In this document: piece by piece, positions 1 through 13,640 of the stretch
How the letters are laid out: every line of letters starts with the position of its first letter
Position numbering within the stretch: the first letter of the stretch is position 1
Position numbers and translations under genes: made by a program
Source of the DNA: Vicugna vicugna
Lineage: Eukaryota
Direction of reading: 5' to 3'
Assembly: GCA_013265495.1 (NCBI GenBank)
Contig: MU057930.1
Location: 9,599-73,598, forward strand
DNA: 64,000 nt
Notes under the pieces: model-generated
Seen by the model: the letters and a program-made list of their open reading frames with translations, nothing else
Database searches by the model: none
What the model was told of the DNA's origin: nothing

Positions 1-509
1 GGCAGTGCGGGAACCGAGACGGGGCCTCCTGCTGCAGCAGACAGCAGCCTTGTCCCACCCATGTTCATGTGTCCCCTCCATCCACGTGTCCAAATGCACA
101 CCCGCTAGCCTGAAAATGCGTGGATTTTACAGCCCTCCTCCCTCCCCAAGGGAAGGACAGCTGTCAGGAACCCCCTCCTGCCACCCCAGCCCTGTGACTT
201 TCCGCCCGTCCATCCGCGGGCACCAGATCCTCGCCTCAGGCTTCGCTCCAGAGGGTCCTCGCCACACACAGGTGCCCAGACAGGGAGGCGTTCTCTCTCA
301 CCGCGCGGAGCAGAGGTCGGCCTGAGGAAGCCGCGTTCCCGGAGAAGTGGGTGCCCCCAAGCTCGGGGATGGTGGCGCACTGTCAGCGCGCCGTCTCAGA
401 GCCGTAAAAACGGCCACGCCGCCCACCCAGGTCCCACACACCTGTCCCAGGTGACAATCACAGCAGGTCGCCCTGCCCGTAAGGCTGATGACGGACAGGG
501 TCAGCATTG

Positions 510-1135
510 CCGGGGGGTGGGGGCAGGGAGGGACAGGTGGAGCACAGAGGAATTTTCTTACTGTTAAAGGCTTGATCTTTTTTTTATTTTAGATTAGCAA
601 GTTTTCTTTCTTTTTTTCATTATTCAGTTATGTTAGGTAGAATTGTTACAATTTGCACATATACAATATATTGTATGTAAATATATGAACATGCAACAGA
701 AAGGGGTAATCCAGTCGTAAAGGACAGTCACTTTTTTTTTAAAGAGCAGTTTTAGGGTCACAGCCGTATTGAAGGGAGGGTACAGAGATGCCTCACATAT
801 GCCCGCCACCCCACTTGCCCAGACTCAATATCTGCCCCCACCAGTAGAGATAATTGTTATAATTGACGAACCTAAATTGACACATTGTAATCACCCAACG
901 TCCACAGTTTACACGAATTAGGGTTCCCTCCTGGATTTTCAGAGTTCATGGGTTTGGATATACATCACATATCATTATCGCATCCTACAGAGAAACAGGG
1001 CAGTGAAACCGCTTTGTATGCCATGAACACGGTGGATACAGGTCATTATCCACATGTCCAAACCCGCGGCCTGCACGCCACCAAGATGAGCCCTAATGGA
1101 AACAGTGGACATCCGTGAATATAATGTATCCTTTT
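510..1135 (+). mobile_element. Old L1 (L1MC-like) 3' end, interrupted at ~557-995 by an oppositely oriented L1M fragment
   Basis: agcacagaggaatttt (541) resumes as agggcagtgaaac...ggtggatacaggtcattatccacatgtccaaaccc (997-1065), as in L1MC 3' UTRs; the inserted part gagcagttttagggtcacagc...gtacagagatg resembles a minus-strand L1MC/MD piece. Confidence 0.6.
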
Positions 1136-1779
1136 CTCTCCTTTGTTTTAACCCGTGGTAAACGACACTTCATTTTTCTTAAGTCGCTGCTGGCCACCCA
1201 GCCAACTCAGCCTCCACCGTGTGCAGACGGACCTGCTGCAGACAAAGGTTCAGATGTGGATCCTGACCGGGTCATTCAGGGGTGGGGTCCCACACGCGGC
1301 AAGGCTGCGGCTTGCTTCCGGGAGCAAGGTTGGCAGATGACAAGATGCTAAGATTAACTTTTCCTTTGTGGATAAAAACAAGATGGGGAGACGGAAACAC
1401 ATTCATGCGGTGGGAAACGCTGAGTAGGGGAAACAATGCAATAATACTGTAATGTGTCAAAGGGAATGCTGCTAAAATGACAGATTAAAAAAAAATTCCC
1501 AGGTTGTACAAATATTCTAGAAGATGAATAAAATATGAACTGTGTCTCACCTCCGCAAACTCCAAGCTTGAGTCAGCGTCTCTTTGTTGTTACGAAATAG
1601 GGCAAAGTGGCAAGACTCGGAATCCTCTGCGATAAATATGTTTTGGGGGGCATGATGTATGCTAGAAATACCTTACTTTTCAGTTAGGGACTAAAATTTG
1701 CCCAGACAATTGAAGCCCCTCGGGAGCAAAAAACACTCCCCTACCTGGATTTTACCCCAAGATATTTAAAAAAAAAATT

Positions 1780-2167
1780 TTTTTAACTTAAGTACGGTTA
1801 TGTTAGTTTCTGGAGTACAGCAAAGTGATTCAGTGATACATACATATGTTATATATTCTTTTTCAGATTCTTTTCCATTATGGTTTAATACAGGACATTA
1901 AATACAGTGCCCTGTGCTCTACAGTGTGTCTGCAAATCCCAAACTCCCAATTTATCCCTCCCCCCGACCCTTCCCCTTTCGTAACCATAATTTGTTTTAT
2001 TATGTCTGTTTCTGTTTGTAAATAAGTTCATTGTATCATTTTTTTTTTTTTAGATTCCACATATAAGTGATCTCATGTGGCATTTTTCTTTCTCTGTCTG
2101 CCTTTTTTCACTCAGTGTGACCATCTCCAGGTCCATCCATGCTGCTGCCAATGGCGTTATTTCACTC
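1780..2167 (-). mobile_element. Lineage-specific L1 3' end (ORF2 C-terminus plus 3' UTR)
   Basis: Minus translation AAAWMDLEMVTLSEKRQTEKEKCHMRSLICGI matches the L1 ORF2 end; typical 3' UTR (gtgattcagtgatacatacata, aactcccaatttatccctccc). Confidence 0.9.
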
Positions 2168-4357
2168 AAGAGATTTTTATTTAATGGACAGGGGGAGAAG
2201 ATGTGGGCATCAGGAGTTCGGACAGCTCTCTTGGTGATTCTAACGTTTGCAGCCAAGTTCCAGAATGACTGCTCCCTGGGGTCAAGGGAAACAATGAAAC
2301 CCTCCCTGGGGTCACCCCGTTAAAAGCCAGAGCCATCCAAGGGAAGATATGTCATCGGGGTGCTGCCTCGGGGCGTCCGAGACGGCAGGATGCTTCTTGT
2401 GGGGGACTAAAGAGTCCGCAACGGGTCTGCTTTTTCAAGGACGCCCGCCGCGCAGGTCCCAGCAGATGGAGTGGGGCTGAGAGGGAGGGAATGAGAGCAG
2501 ACACCAGCTCATCCTGGTGGGCCGTGGTCCCCGTGCATGCAGAATGCGGACGTCTGGGGAGCCCCGAGCAATTTATTTCGTTTTCGAAAAAGAGGGTGAG
2601 GATTGGGAAGAGATGAGGCTGAAAGATTTTTAACGTCTCAGAAGTCACAGGGAACCACAAGTATATCCAGGAACAGTAAATGTCCCTGTTTTGTCTGATT
2701 TCTCATGAAAATGAGGGTAAATGCTACCAGCGTGACCTTCCACTGATGGTGACCTTGACACCCCGGCCAAGGTCATGCTGGTCGGGTGTCTTCCCCTCTC
2801 CCTCGTGCCCCCAGCCCATCTTCTAATCTCTTCTCTTTGGAATGATGTTCACTCTGGGCAGCCCATTCTTAGGACATGGGAATTTATTCTGTCCCTCCCT
2901 GAGGGTGGACTGCCTACGTAAATTATCTCCTCTTCTCCTGCAAAGGAAATTTATTTATTCTTAGCATTACATATCTATTCAATTATTTTTTTTTTAAGTA
3001 TGAGTAGGAGGTTTATTTTATACTTTGGGTTATAATCCAACACTTTTTTTTTTTGCTGCTCAAAAAATAAAGCATCAATTTTACTTTGCAGAATCGCACT
3101 GCACTTTCCACGAGACTGCTACGTCTCCCGTCTACTCTGTCTTTCCAGGGCAACACTGTGATGGAGAAAAAGAGAGAGAGAGAGAAAAAAAAGGGATTTC
3201 CACAGGGTGGCCTGTATTCAGTGCTCACAGTTTAAACCAGGGTGGGAAAATGTGTTGTCCATTCTACCTCAATAAAGATGACGGGATAAACGGAGTACGC
3301 GGGAAACAGTCTGACAAAAAGTAATGCCATGGAAGCTTTCCAAGGCTCCAAGAATGCTGGTAACAAAACACAAAGCCATAATAGAAACATCTTCAAGGCA
3401 TTTTTTAAAAATAGGTATTGAGGCATCAGCCAAGAAGGAGGTAAAATAAATAAGAATTAAAGAAAAAAAGGTTTTCGACGCCTATTGGGTAGAACAGAAG
3501 CCACTGCTCTCCCTTTGTTTGATGAATGAATTCCTGTGAAAGGAGACGGCGGTGTCCGGAGGCCACATGGCCCCACACTTACCCAGGAGTGAGTTATTTC
3601 AGAACCGATCTTTCAAGCAGCCAGAAAAAGAACCACTCGAAGAATAAGGCTGGAAATCATCATTTGTGTCAATAGGCATGGACGGTTTTAGTGTTCGGGA
3701 GAACTCTTTGGTTTAAAGGGGGAAAGAAAAGAAACTCTCCTTTCTATAAAAGGGACTGGAAATGCTTTTCACAGGTGAACGACAGACTCTGGTTCATTGT
3801 CTTTTGTTGCTTTTCAGGACACAGAGCGGCCGAGGGTGTAGCCCGCTGTGGGGACAGGGCCGAGAAGGAGGCGGCTACGCGGGGGCACGGTGCTGGGTGC
3901 GCGCGTTAACCGTGGGCCAGACACGCACGCCCTGGGAGTCGGGGGGCTCTGGACTTGGTCTCTACCGCCTGGCGCAACTGTCATGTTTCACGCTTAAATG
4001 CCTCTGCCCAAAGCCTGCAGTGAGTCCTCCTGGCCACTAGGGGGTCGAGTGTATTCCCTGAGCTCCTCGTAACTCTGAATTCACCTTTGTCTCTTAAGCT
4101 TTGAATCAGCAGTTCTGTGCAAATCCCAAAGCTTGGACCTTGGAGGTGGGGGGGGGGTCTCCTTTTCCTTCCTCCTTATGTTTTCCCCTCTAGGAAGCCC
4201 GTCCACCCTCCCAAACACCAGCCTTCAGAGGTGTGACAGGTGTTCCAAACTACGTTTCCTGCACGGATTTCTGGTCTCTCCCCGACGGTTCCAGGACTTT
4301 CCTGTTATTGCCTTTTCTTTGTCAAAATGTCTTCATTCCTCATATCAGAGATGATGT

Positions 4358-4815
4358 CTATATGAGTGTCCTGGGGCTGTCCTATAAAATGACCCCAAGC
4401 CAGGGGCTTAAAGTCACAGGCATCCATCGTCCCCTGATCCTGGAGACCAGATGTCTGAGGTCAAGGTGTCCCAGGGCCGCGCTCCCTCCGGAGGCTCCAG
4501 GGGAGGGTCCTCCCTGCCTCTTCCAGCTTCTGGGGGCTCCAGGCGTCCATCCCTGGGCTGGTGGCCGCCTCCCTCCCGTCTCGGCCTCCGTCTCCACGTG
4601 GCGTCTCCTCTGTGTCTGTGTCTCTCCTCCTCTGTCTCTTCTAAAGTCACTGTCCTTGGATGCAGGGCCACTTCCTCCAGGAGGACCTCCTCTCAGGTCC
4701 TTCACATCACCCCATCTGCAGAGACCCTGTTTCCAGACAAGGTCACCGTCAGAGGTTCTGAGGACTAGAATGTGGCACTTCCTTTTCAGGGCTCACCCCT
4801 CAAGCCACAACCACA
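4358..4815 (-). mobile_element. MaLR LTR (MLT1C-like), homogenised copy 1
   Basis: MLT1 hallmarks: gggctg...aaaatgaccccaag, ctggagaccagatgtctgaggtcaaggtgtc, ctcttccagcttctggggg, catctgcagagaccctgtttccagacaaggtcac. Confidence 0.85.
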
Positions 4816-7281
4816 TGAAACACATTTTGCCCCCTCTCTGACCTGGGTCCCGAGAACCCAGCATGTACTCCACCCACAGCGTGCAAGCGGTCTTGGCGGG
4901 CTGTGACCCTCCCAGAGTCCCCCCTGGATCAGGAAGGAGTACAGGGGCTCCAGGAAGCATGGTGGGGACACCTCACGGCAGAGCGGGCTTGGGGCACTGA
5001 CATGTCCCCACTGGCCCAGAATCTATTCCATATTTTAACAAAGACAAAGGATGCACAGGACTCCATGGCCCGGCCCCCACTTCTTCTTCCCCGCCTCATC
5101 CCACCGTCTCCCCAGCTACCCACGCTTTTCACGACACACTAATAGTTCTGAGTCTCAGGCAAAAGACTTCCGAGGGAGCCTTCCCGCTGGCTTGTCTCTT
5201 GTTTCCCTCCAGCGCGGTTACCCGGGCCTCGCCGCTTCCACCCGCTCGCCTGTCCCGGTCCTCGCGGTCTCACGCCAGAACCCTGCCTCCGTTTCCCAAC
5301 TGCTCCGTGGCGCTCGGAAGACCCTCCTCTCCGAGGCCGTCGTCCTCTTGACCAGCTGGGTTTCCCACGTCTTTCGAACATCCCTACTTGTGTAAACTTG
5401 GTACTCTCTCATACACACCTGCCGTGATCAAATTGTAAAAAAGTGCCACCACCATACTGTCTCCTACGGGAATTCCGTGTCTCGGTCAGCAGACGCCGTT
5501 GTGAACATCGCAGGTGGGAGATCAGAGGAGGCCTTCACAGGCGGGTCTGAACAGCCTCCGGGGTGACGTTCCGTCCATCAAAGGCCGCCAGGCTGTGCAG
5601 CCCGCGGGCATGCGGGCGGACTGATTCTTATCACTTAAGAAGACATGTGGACAAAAGTGTTGTCTGAGTAGATCAACGTCAATCACGGCATGCCCACAAC
5701 GTCCTCGGCCGCGGCGCCAGAGACACTGGCAACAAAACCAAAAAATAAAAAAATTAAAAAAGCCAAAACCCCACCAGCTTTTCTGTGTATTCAGATATCC
5801 CGGTTCCTAGCACGTGTCATTCCAAACTGTTAATATGCACCCAATCAGAAACGTCTAGAGGAAAAAAAATATTTTTTCAAAACCCTTGGAATTTGGCAGA
5901 CAAGCCCAGGGTAGACGCAAGAGCCTGGCGGGTGACTTGATTCTTTCAACAGACGCGTGTTTCTCTCCTGACAGCAGACTGATATGTTTCGATGGATGGC
6001 CAGGCAAGAAATTCAGTCCCTGGGTTGAAGTTCATGGTTTGGAGAGGACCACGGGGCTCACACCCCGGTTTCAGGTCAGTGTGGCTTCGCTGCTTTCCGA
6101 CGGCTTGGTTCGTGCGGGTGTTCCTAGTCCGAGGATGTCTGCCAACCGGGAACTCGCACAGGTTTCACATCCTGGGGATTCCCGTGACGGAACACGGACG
6201 TGAGGCAAATATCCTGATGGGAGTCGACTCGCTGAACGTGGAGCACAACGGCCATTAAAGACGGACAACGTCCCCAGGGGGCTTTTTCCCTGGAGAGCTA
6301 AGCCTCCCTCATCGACGGCGCCCAGGACTCAGGACGGATCGTCCCCCCCGTCCCTGAGGAAGTGACAGCACACGCTCAGAACTGGGTTCTCTCTTTGTGC
6401 CCCTTGGGAAGAGTCGGGCTCTCCTGTCTGAGCTGGAGATGCTGGTGGGTTCAGAATTCCTGGATGAAGGAACCTGCGATGGGCACAAGTCCACCCGTGT
6501 CGGCACGCAGGCCGATGTGTGGAGACGGGGGAGTTGCTCCTCCACCTTTATGTGTCTTTAGGATTTAGAGCCATCAATTCTGACACTCCTGTTTGATAAC
6601 GTGCAGGAAGCCTCATGCATTACCAGCAGTCTGCTTGTGTCTCCCCAGTGTGTCCTCCTAAGGTTTTTTTTGCCTGTTCTCCCCAAGCATCCTTGCTCCC
6701 ACGCATCACCAAAAGACACACTCAGTTCTCGTCCACCTTCACCCCCGTCAGGAAGAAGCGATGTGCAAAACCGCGTCCCTGCCCGCACCGTTCACTGGCC
6801 ACGCGTCACGATCTGCGAGGACAGGCGCCCACAGACCCGGCGCTCGTCCCAGAGGAGGCCGGCTGGGAGCGGGGGGCCTGCGGCTCCCACAAAAAACAGG
6901 CAGTGGCCGACGTGCAACCTGGGACAAATTCGGTCCTTCTCTGAAGGAAAACAAACCCTGCCAAGTCAACAATACTTACTAAAATAAAGCAAAGGATTAA
7001 TTTTAATAGACAAGCCTGGTAACCCACGTTTTTACATGATAAACTCAGGGGAAAGGAGTTTTGTTTTGTTTTGTTTTGTTTTTTTAAAAATCCAGGTTTA
7101 GTTCCCTTCAAGGAGGACGACTTGGATGGCACGTGGGGAAGGGACAGCAGCCACGTGCACCGGTGTCGCTGGGGACTCAGAAGAATGTGGGTTCTACTTT
7201 TGAAGGTTTTTAAGGACAGGTGGTATCACAATGACGCACACACACACACGCCCCACAAATTGGGGACAAGAGTGAATTTGA

Positions 7282-8085
7282 AGACAGTTCTGCAGTGAAG
7301 ACATACAAACGGTCAACAGGCATGTGACAGTATGCTCAATATCACTAATTAGCAGAGAAATGCAAATCAAAACCACAATGAGGTATCACCTCACACCAGT
7401 CAGAATGGCCATCATTCAAAAATCCACAAATGACAAACGCTGGAGAGGCTGTGGAGAAAGGGAACCCTCCTACACTGCTAGTGGGAATGCAGTTCGGTGC
7501 AGCCACTGTAGAAAACAGTATGGAGATTCCTCAAAAGACTAGGAAACTAGTTACAATAGCCAAGACATGGAAGCAGCCTAAATGTCCATCAACAGATGAC
7601 TGGATAAAGAAGAGGTGGCATATTTATACAATGGAATACTACTCAGCCATAAAAAGGGATGAAATGATACCATTTGCAGCTACATGGAGGGACCTGCAGA
7701 TGATCATTCTAAGTGAAGTAAGTCAGACAGAGAAAGTCAAATATCATATGATATCACTTATATGTGGACTCTAAAGGAACAGTACACATAAACTTATTCA
7801 CAAAATGGAAACAGACTCACAGACATAGAAACAAACATGGTTACCAGGGAAGAAAGGAGGGGAGGGATAAATTCGGAGTCTGGGATTGGCAGAAACAAAC
7901 TACTGTATATAAAATGGAGCAAAAAGCATGGTCCTACTGTCCAGCACAGGGAACTATACTGAACACCTTGTAATAGCCTATAATAATTATAAAGAATCTG
8001 GAAAAGAACATATATATGTAACTGAATCACTGTGCTGTGCACTAGAAACTGGCACAACATTGTAAACCAACTACACTCCATTTAA
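7282..8085 (+). mobile_element. 5'-truncated L1 with 14-bp target-site duplication
   Basis: ORF2 C-terminal peptides [21 protein letters not shown] and KTWKQPKCPSTDDWIKKRWHIYTMEYYSAIK; TSD aagagtgaatttga at 7268-7281 and 8086-8099. Confidence 0.95.
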
Positions 8086-8269
8086 AAGAGTGAATTTGAG
8101 AAATGGTTCCCAATAATTGGACTCTGTCCTGACTTGACAAGCCTAGGGTCTGTGGCTCTCTGCCCTGATGCCTGGCTTCCCAAGGCTCTGCCCAGTTAGG
8201 TGATGGGAGACCAGGGTGGTTGGAAGGACCCTCCCAGATGCCATCTGTCTAGACACAGACAAGCCAGGT

Positions 8270-8522
8270 GTACCCATCAGGATTCCCAAGGAAACAGAAC
8301 CAATAGGATGTGTGCGTGTCTGCGGAGAGAGAGAGATTTATTTTAAGGAACTGGTTCATGCCATTTGGGGGGCTGACAAGTCTGGAATCTTCAGGGCAGG
8401 CTGGCAGGCTGGAAACTCGAACAGAATTTCTCTGCTTCAGTCTTGAGGCAGAATTCCTTCTGCAGGAATCCTCAGACTTTGCCCTGAACGCCCTCAACTG
8501 ATTGGATGAGGCCCACCCACAT
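8270..8522 (-). mobile_element. ERVL LTR (MLT2-like), partial
   Basis: gaaacagaaccaataggatgtgtg...gagagatttattttaaggaactggttcatg...ctgattggatgaggcccaccca is the MLT2 signature. Confidence 0.8.
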
Positions 8523-9049
8523 GTCTACCGACGGTAGTAGATGTGAGTCATGTCTGATTGATGAACAGGGCACCATTCCCTCTCCAAGTAGACATGTCGA
8601 ATTGAAGCATTACTCAAGGCCTGAGCTGCTTCTGTGCATGTGAGAGGTGGAGGGCAGGCATTCTGTGGAGGGGTCATCCTGCAGGGGGTCAGCTGGGGAC
8701 AGCAGAAGGAAGTGTGAGGCCAACATACCAAAAGGGCAGGTCTGCTTCCTGGGGATGTCCTCTATAATCCACCATTTACAGTCAAACTGGACAGGATGAT
8801 GACATGAGGCACCTCAGGGTCCCTGCCCCAAGCTGGACAGTAGAACCTCAGAGCCAGGGATGGCCTTAGAGGTCACCGTGTCCCCACTCTGAGGACATGC
8901 TCCTGAGATGCAGAGACACCAAGATGCTTCCAGAGGCCACCCCTCGGGCAGGCTTGGCCCCTGGGAAGGTGCTGGAACTATGTCTACCTAATTTAAAGAT
9001 GACCTACAATGTCCTGGGAAAGCATCTTTTTTTTTTCTTCAAGTTTATT

Positions 9050-9748
9050 AGTGTGAAGGTTCACTGTATATATCAATGTGATTGGGCTACAGTGCGGGCG
9101 GGGAAAGTGTGCACAGATATCTGGTTAAGCATTATTTCTAGGGGTGCCTGGGAGGGAGTTTCTGGAGGAGACGGGCATTTGAATCAGTGGACTGAATAAA
9201 GCTGATGGTCATCCCCAGGGTAGGTGGGCCTCGTCTAATCAGGTGAAGGCCTGAAGAGAACAGAAAGCTGGAGGAAAGAGAATTCACTCTCTGCTTAGGT
9301 GCTGAGCTGGGACATCCCATGTCTACCCTCAGCCCTCTGGTTCCTTGGCCTTCAACCTACACCAACTGCTGTCCTGGGTCTCCAACTTGCAGACAACAGA
9401 TGGTGAGATCTGCCCACCTCCATAATCACAATCTATGTCTCTGTATCTATCCATTCATCCATCCAGCCTACGTATGTATGTATGTATGTACCTAAGCATT
9501 CAGCCAGCCAGTCTATCTATCTATTATCTATCTACCTATCTATTAATCCATCCATCCATCCATCCAATCTATCTCTATCTACCAATCTATCCACCCATCT
9601 AATCTATCTATCTATCTAGCCATCCATCCATCCAACCGCCCAACCATCCATCCGAATATCCAACCTATTATCTATCTATCTATCTATCTCATCTCTCTCT
9701 CTTTCTCTCTCTCCTCCATTCATTCTGTGAAGAAGTCTGACTAAAACA
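9050..9748 (+). mobile_element. ERVL LTR (MLT2-like) with internal (TCTA/TCCA)n expansion
   Basis: gcatttgaatcagtggactgaataaagc, gtgggcctcgtctaatcaggtgaaggcctgaagagaac, terminal ctgactaaaaca; simple repeat at ~9440-9710. Confidence 0.8.
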
Positions 9749-10924
9749 AAATCAGCACCAGTTTTACAGTGTTAACCGGTTTGTGTACGTTACAGTTTTC
9801 ATTCAGCTTTTTCACGTTCATCTGCACTCTCCCTCACAATTCTACCTGGATTAAACCAGTATAGATATAACTCACACCTATAATAAAAAATGAAAACGGA
9901 ATGGAACGAGAGGAAATGCGTGGAGCGCAGAACAAAGAGAACTTTCCTTCCACCCCCCCTCCCCCGGCCCAACACCTCGTTCTCCTGAGAAGTCACCCGT
10001 GTGTAGGCGTATGCATCCATCCAGAACCTTGCCTGCAGACACGGGAATGTTCTGGTACATAAATATTTGAAACTCAAAAGGAAACTGAAATCAGTTTTTA
10101 CATATTAGCCTCAAACTCAATTGGTTTCACTTAAAATGCATTTTGGACACTTTGTATTCGGAGACCTATCGATCGATCCTTTTTTAGAATCCCACAGGGC
10201 TTTTCCTACCCAAATTTCAACAGCCATTTACTCAAATACTTCCTATCGATAGACCTTGAGGCTGTTTCCAATGTGGTATTTTAAGCAGGGCTGGCATGGA
10301 CACCTTCCCACGGGGGGCTCTGCACAAGAGATCAGTTGATCGGCTAGACCTTCAGGATGAATTCTCAAGGATGTGCATGTTATAATTTGGTCAAATTCAC
10401 CTCCTGAAAAGTTGCCATGATCTGTAGTTCCCGATTTGTGGCACCTTCAGCAAAACTAGACAGCATCAAACGTGTGCATCTTTGCCAAAACGATGCAAAG
10501 AAATGCCACCTCACTTGATACACATCTGCCTTTTTTTTTCTTTTTTAATAAATGAGCTTGTGAAGTTGATCAGAAGGTGCATCTTCCTTTCTCTGAATGC
10601 CTGTTTGTATATTTAGCCTGGTTTTGGGTGTTTAGTGTTGAATTTTCATTTGCTGTATTCATTATTATAATGTGTGAAGACGGGTCACCTACGGACAACT
10701 TGCACACGCACTCCCAATACCTACACGCCTGACCGCCTCACACTCAAGGATCCTGGGGATGCTAAGGTCTTAGGCACGACTGACGTCGCAACCCCTGAGA
10801 TCCAGGCTCTGCCCCTTCCCAACAACGGGCAAGTCAACGGACCTTCCTTGGCACCTACATGTCTCATCTGTGAAATGGGTTCACGACACGAGCGCCTTTA
10901 CCGTCAGAAATACAAACTGCTTAG

Positions 10925-11010
10925 AGGCGAGGGTATTGCTCAGTGGTAGAGTGCCTGCCTGGCACGCACAAGGTCCTGGGTTCAATCCCCTGTTACTCCA
11001 TTAAAAATAA
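10925..11010 (+). mobile_element. tRNA-Ala-derived camelid SINE (vic-1 type)
   Basis: gagggtattgctcagtggtagagtgcctgcctggcacgcacaaggtcctgggttcaatcccc; A and B boxes and A-rich tail. Confidence 0.85.
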
Positions 11011-11809
11011 ACCCACCCTGAAATTCCTAAAATTCACTGCACTTTCTCATGTGCATTAAGCTTTTGATGCAGCATATACTGCCATTTGCTGAGCCGCAAT
11101 AAAGTTCAGAGAACTTCGGTGTCTCTTCTTCTGTGCTTCTATTTTTTTTTAAACTCCTTTATTGTGGTATGAGTCCTGTACAGTGAACTACACAGATTTC
11201 AGACGTACAACTGGGTAAATTTTGATAGACGTCGATGCCCATGAAACCACCACCACAATCAAGACGGCTAGCATTTCCATCCCTCCCCAGCAGGTGCACA
11301 TTTTGAATTCCCAATGTATCCCTCCCCACCCCCTCCGCCCTCTGGGAACCGTAAGCTTGCTCTCTACGTCTGTGAGTCTGTTTTTAGAATGGTTCTGAGG
11401 AAGCTCTCGCAAATTCTTTGGAAGCCTTCCTTCTTAAGCCAGTCTCTGAATAACAGGAAGACCTGGAGACTCCCTGGGAGGTTTCAGAAACCTCCATTCA
11501 GAATTCTATGAGCTGGAACATGGTTATGCAGACGTAGCTCCTTCTCAATTTTGTCATTAAAACAGATTTACCGACTCCTGGCTTACTTTTCTGAGTTCTG
11601 GAAATGCATATGGTGCCTACAATTATGCCGCTGGTTCTGCTTTCGAAAGTATTTGCAGAAACCACTGCCAACCACATGGATTTCTGGGAAGAGGGTCTGG
11701 TTTTTCGAGTCCACCTGGGGTATGTGATCTTCACCCTTCTTTTCATTTCGCTCTCTCGTGGATTATCTGAAATTTTTTTTTTCCTAGAAGACCAGGACTC
11801 TGCTTTATT

Positions 11810-12130
11810 GTATCCTCTTATTAAAAATATTTACAGAGCATCTGTTTTAGACTCTGCAATGTTCGAGAAGGTGGACACGAGGCTCTGAACAGAACAGTTA
11901 AGTCCCATATGGGGTGGTGCGTATCCTAGAAGGTGGTGTAAATTCTAGCAGAGAGAGAGAGAGAGACGGTGCAAAGGCCCTGGGGTGGGCTTGCAATCCC
12001 AGAAGGAGCAAGGACGTCTATGAGTCTTCAATGAGCAAGATAAATGGTGGTGGAATTGGACAGCAGACAGGCAGCATGTCTCCAAATCATGGAAGACCCC
12101 GTGGGCTTTGGGAACGAGGTTGAATTTTAT
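11810..12130 (-). mobile_element. L2 fragment
   Basis: aaatatttacagagcatctg...gtgcaaaggccctggggtggg...aggttgaattttat resembles the L2 3' region. Confidence 0.5.
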
Positions 12131-12276
12131 ACTATGTATATTGGTCCATGGGCTTACTTCTTACATTCCTCCCTTACTAACTTCACAATTTCCTTTTCTT
12201 GCTTTCCTGAGATTTATGTTTCTATTTATCAATGTCTCCATCTAACACTTAATTCTGTATTTAAAAAATAAACTGT

Positions 12277-12411
12277 GGGGAGGGTGTAGCTCAGTGGTGG
12301 GGCACGTGCTTAGCATGCACGAGGTCCTGGGTTCAATGCCCAGTCCCTCCATTAAAAAAATTGAAAAAAATAAATTAATAAAATACTAAAAAACAAATTA
12401 TTAGAAGTAAA
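12277..12411 (+). mobile_element. tRNA-Ala-derived camelid SINE (vic-1 type)
   Basis: ggggagggtgtagctcagtggtggggcacgtgcttagcatgcacgaggtcctgggttcaatgcccagt plus A tail; imperfect TSD aaaaaataaactgt / aaaaaatacactct. Confidence 0.9.
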
Positions 12412-13324
12412 TAAAAAATACACTCTAAAAAAAGTCAGTTTCCTATGTACACCCCCCCCGCCCCCAAGAGTAACTTTGGCCACATCCCCCGCCTTCTGCA
12501 ATGGTGACTGCTTTAACCGCCGTCCTGCTTACCGAGAGACATTTAAAAGAGAGGTTTAAAATTCCAGCTGGATGGCAGTGTTCATTTGTAAATATTTTGC
12601 TAGACAATGTCAAGCACATGACAGGACATCTCCAAGTACGGCTGATCACATTTACACTCTCTGGAAAGAATGTTTTCCTTTTCAGCGAACAGACCGTTGA
12701 AAACATGTCATTTATATGTGACGGACGTGCATTTGCTCATATGCCCGTTAGATGTCCCTTCTGTTATGTAACTTCAGTCCTCAGCATTCTTATTTTCTTC
12801 TTGTCTTCTTAATCCGTCACGCTGCAGCCTTCTGAATGTGAGTGCTATTTCTGGTAACCTGGGGGATGAAGTTCTTGGACCCAACCGTCCTGCCGAAACG
12901 AACTGAGAACTGCTGGGGGAGTAGATTTGCAAAGCACCTCAGTGGGAGCAGCTCCACCCTGACGGTGGTGCAGAGAACCTACCTCGTGGTGCAGAGAACC
13001 GATCTCGAGGGAGGCAGACAGGCACACAGGTTGAAGGGGGGCCCTTTCCCCCGAGAATCGTTGGCGAATTGGTCAAATTTAAACCGTATGTTTGATGTCC
13101 TCTCCCTCCTCCAAGAAACAAGGCAGGCATTTCACGTCCTTGTCAAGGTGTGCGTGGGGGGCGGTCTCATGAGCCATTTATTCCTCTGCTCTGTGACTGC
13201 AAAGTTCTACACCTGTGGTCCTTACAGCGTGGGGCAGGGAACCTTGAGGGGTCAGAGGAGGTGACTCAAAACTCTTTTCATAATATTACTCAGAATGCAT
13301 TTCTCTTTCTCACCGTCACTCTCT

Positions 13325-13640
13325 CACTAGTGTCCTGCGGACTCTTCCGGAGGCTGTGTGATGGGTGGTAACAGAGCAGATGGAACCGCAGAAGCAGATG
13401 TAAGAATCTGGCTGTTTTCTAGCTGCCAGACATTCAAGAGATTTGCAAAAACGTACAACAATGCCATTCTTACCACCAATATCCCCAGATGAGTGAGACA
13501 GATAATAATCTCGGTTTTAGTTGTTAATATGGTAAATATCCATCGACACATGTCAGAGAAACGGAAGCTCTCGGGGGTCCTTAATCATTACTTAGCGCGT
13601 AAAGAGGACCTGAAATTGATGGGTTTGAGAACCAGCGATG
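13325..13640 (+). mobile_element. hAT-Charlie (Charlie1-like) DNA transposon end fragment
   Basis: gaagcagatgtaagaatctggctg...gccagacattcaagagatttgcaaaaacgtacaacaatgcca and terminal gtttgagaaccagcg. Confidence 0.7.

Noticed and set aside
7324..7774. L1 ORF2 peptides as a functional gene
   Set aside because: 5'-truncated, frameshifted and internally deleted retrotransposon remnant.
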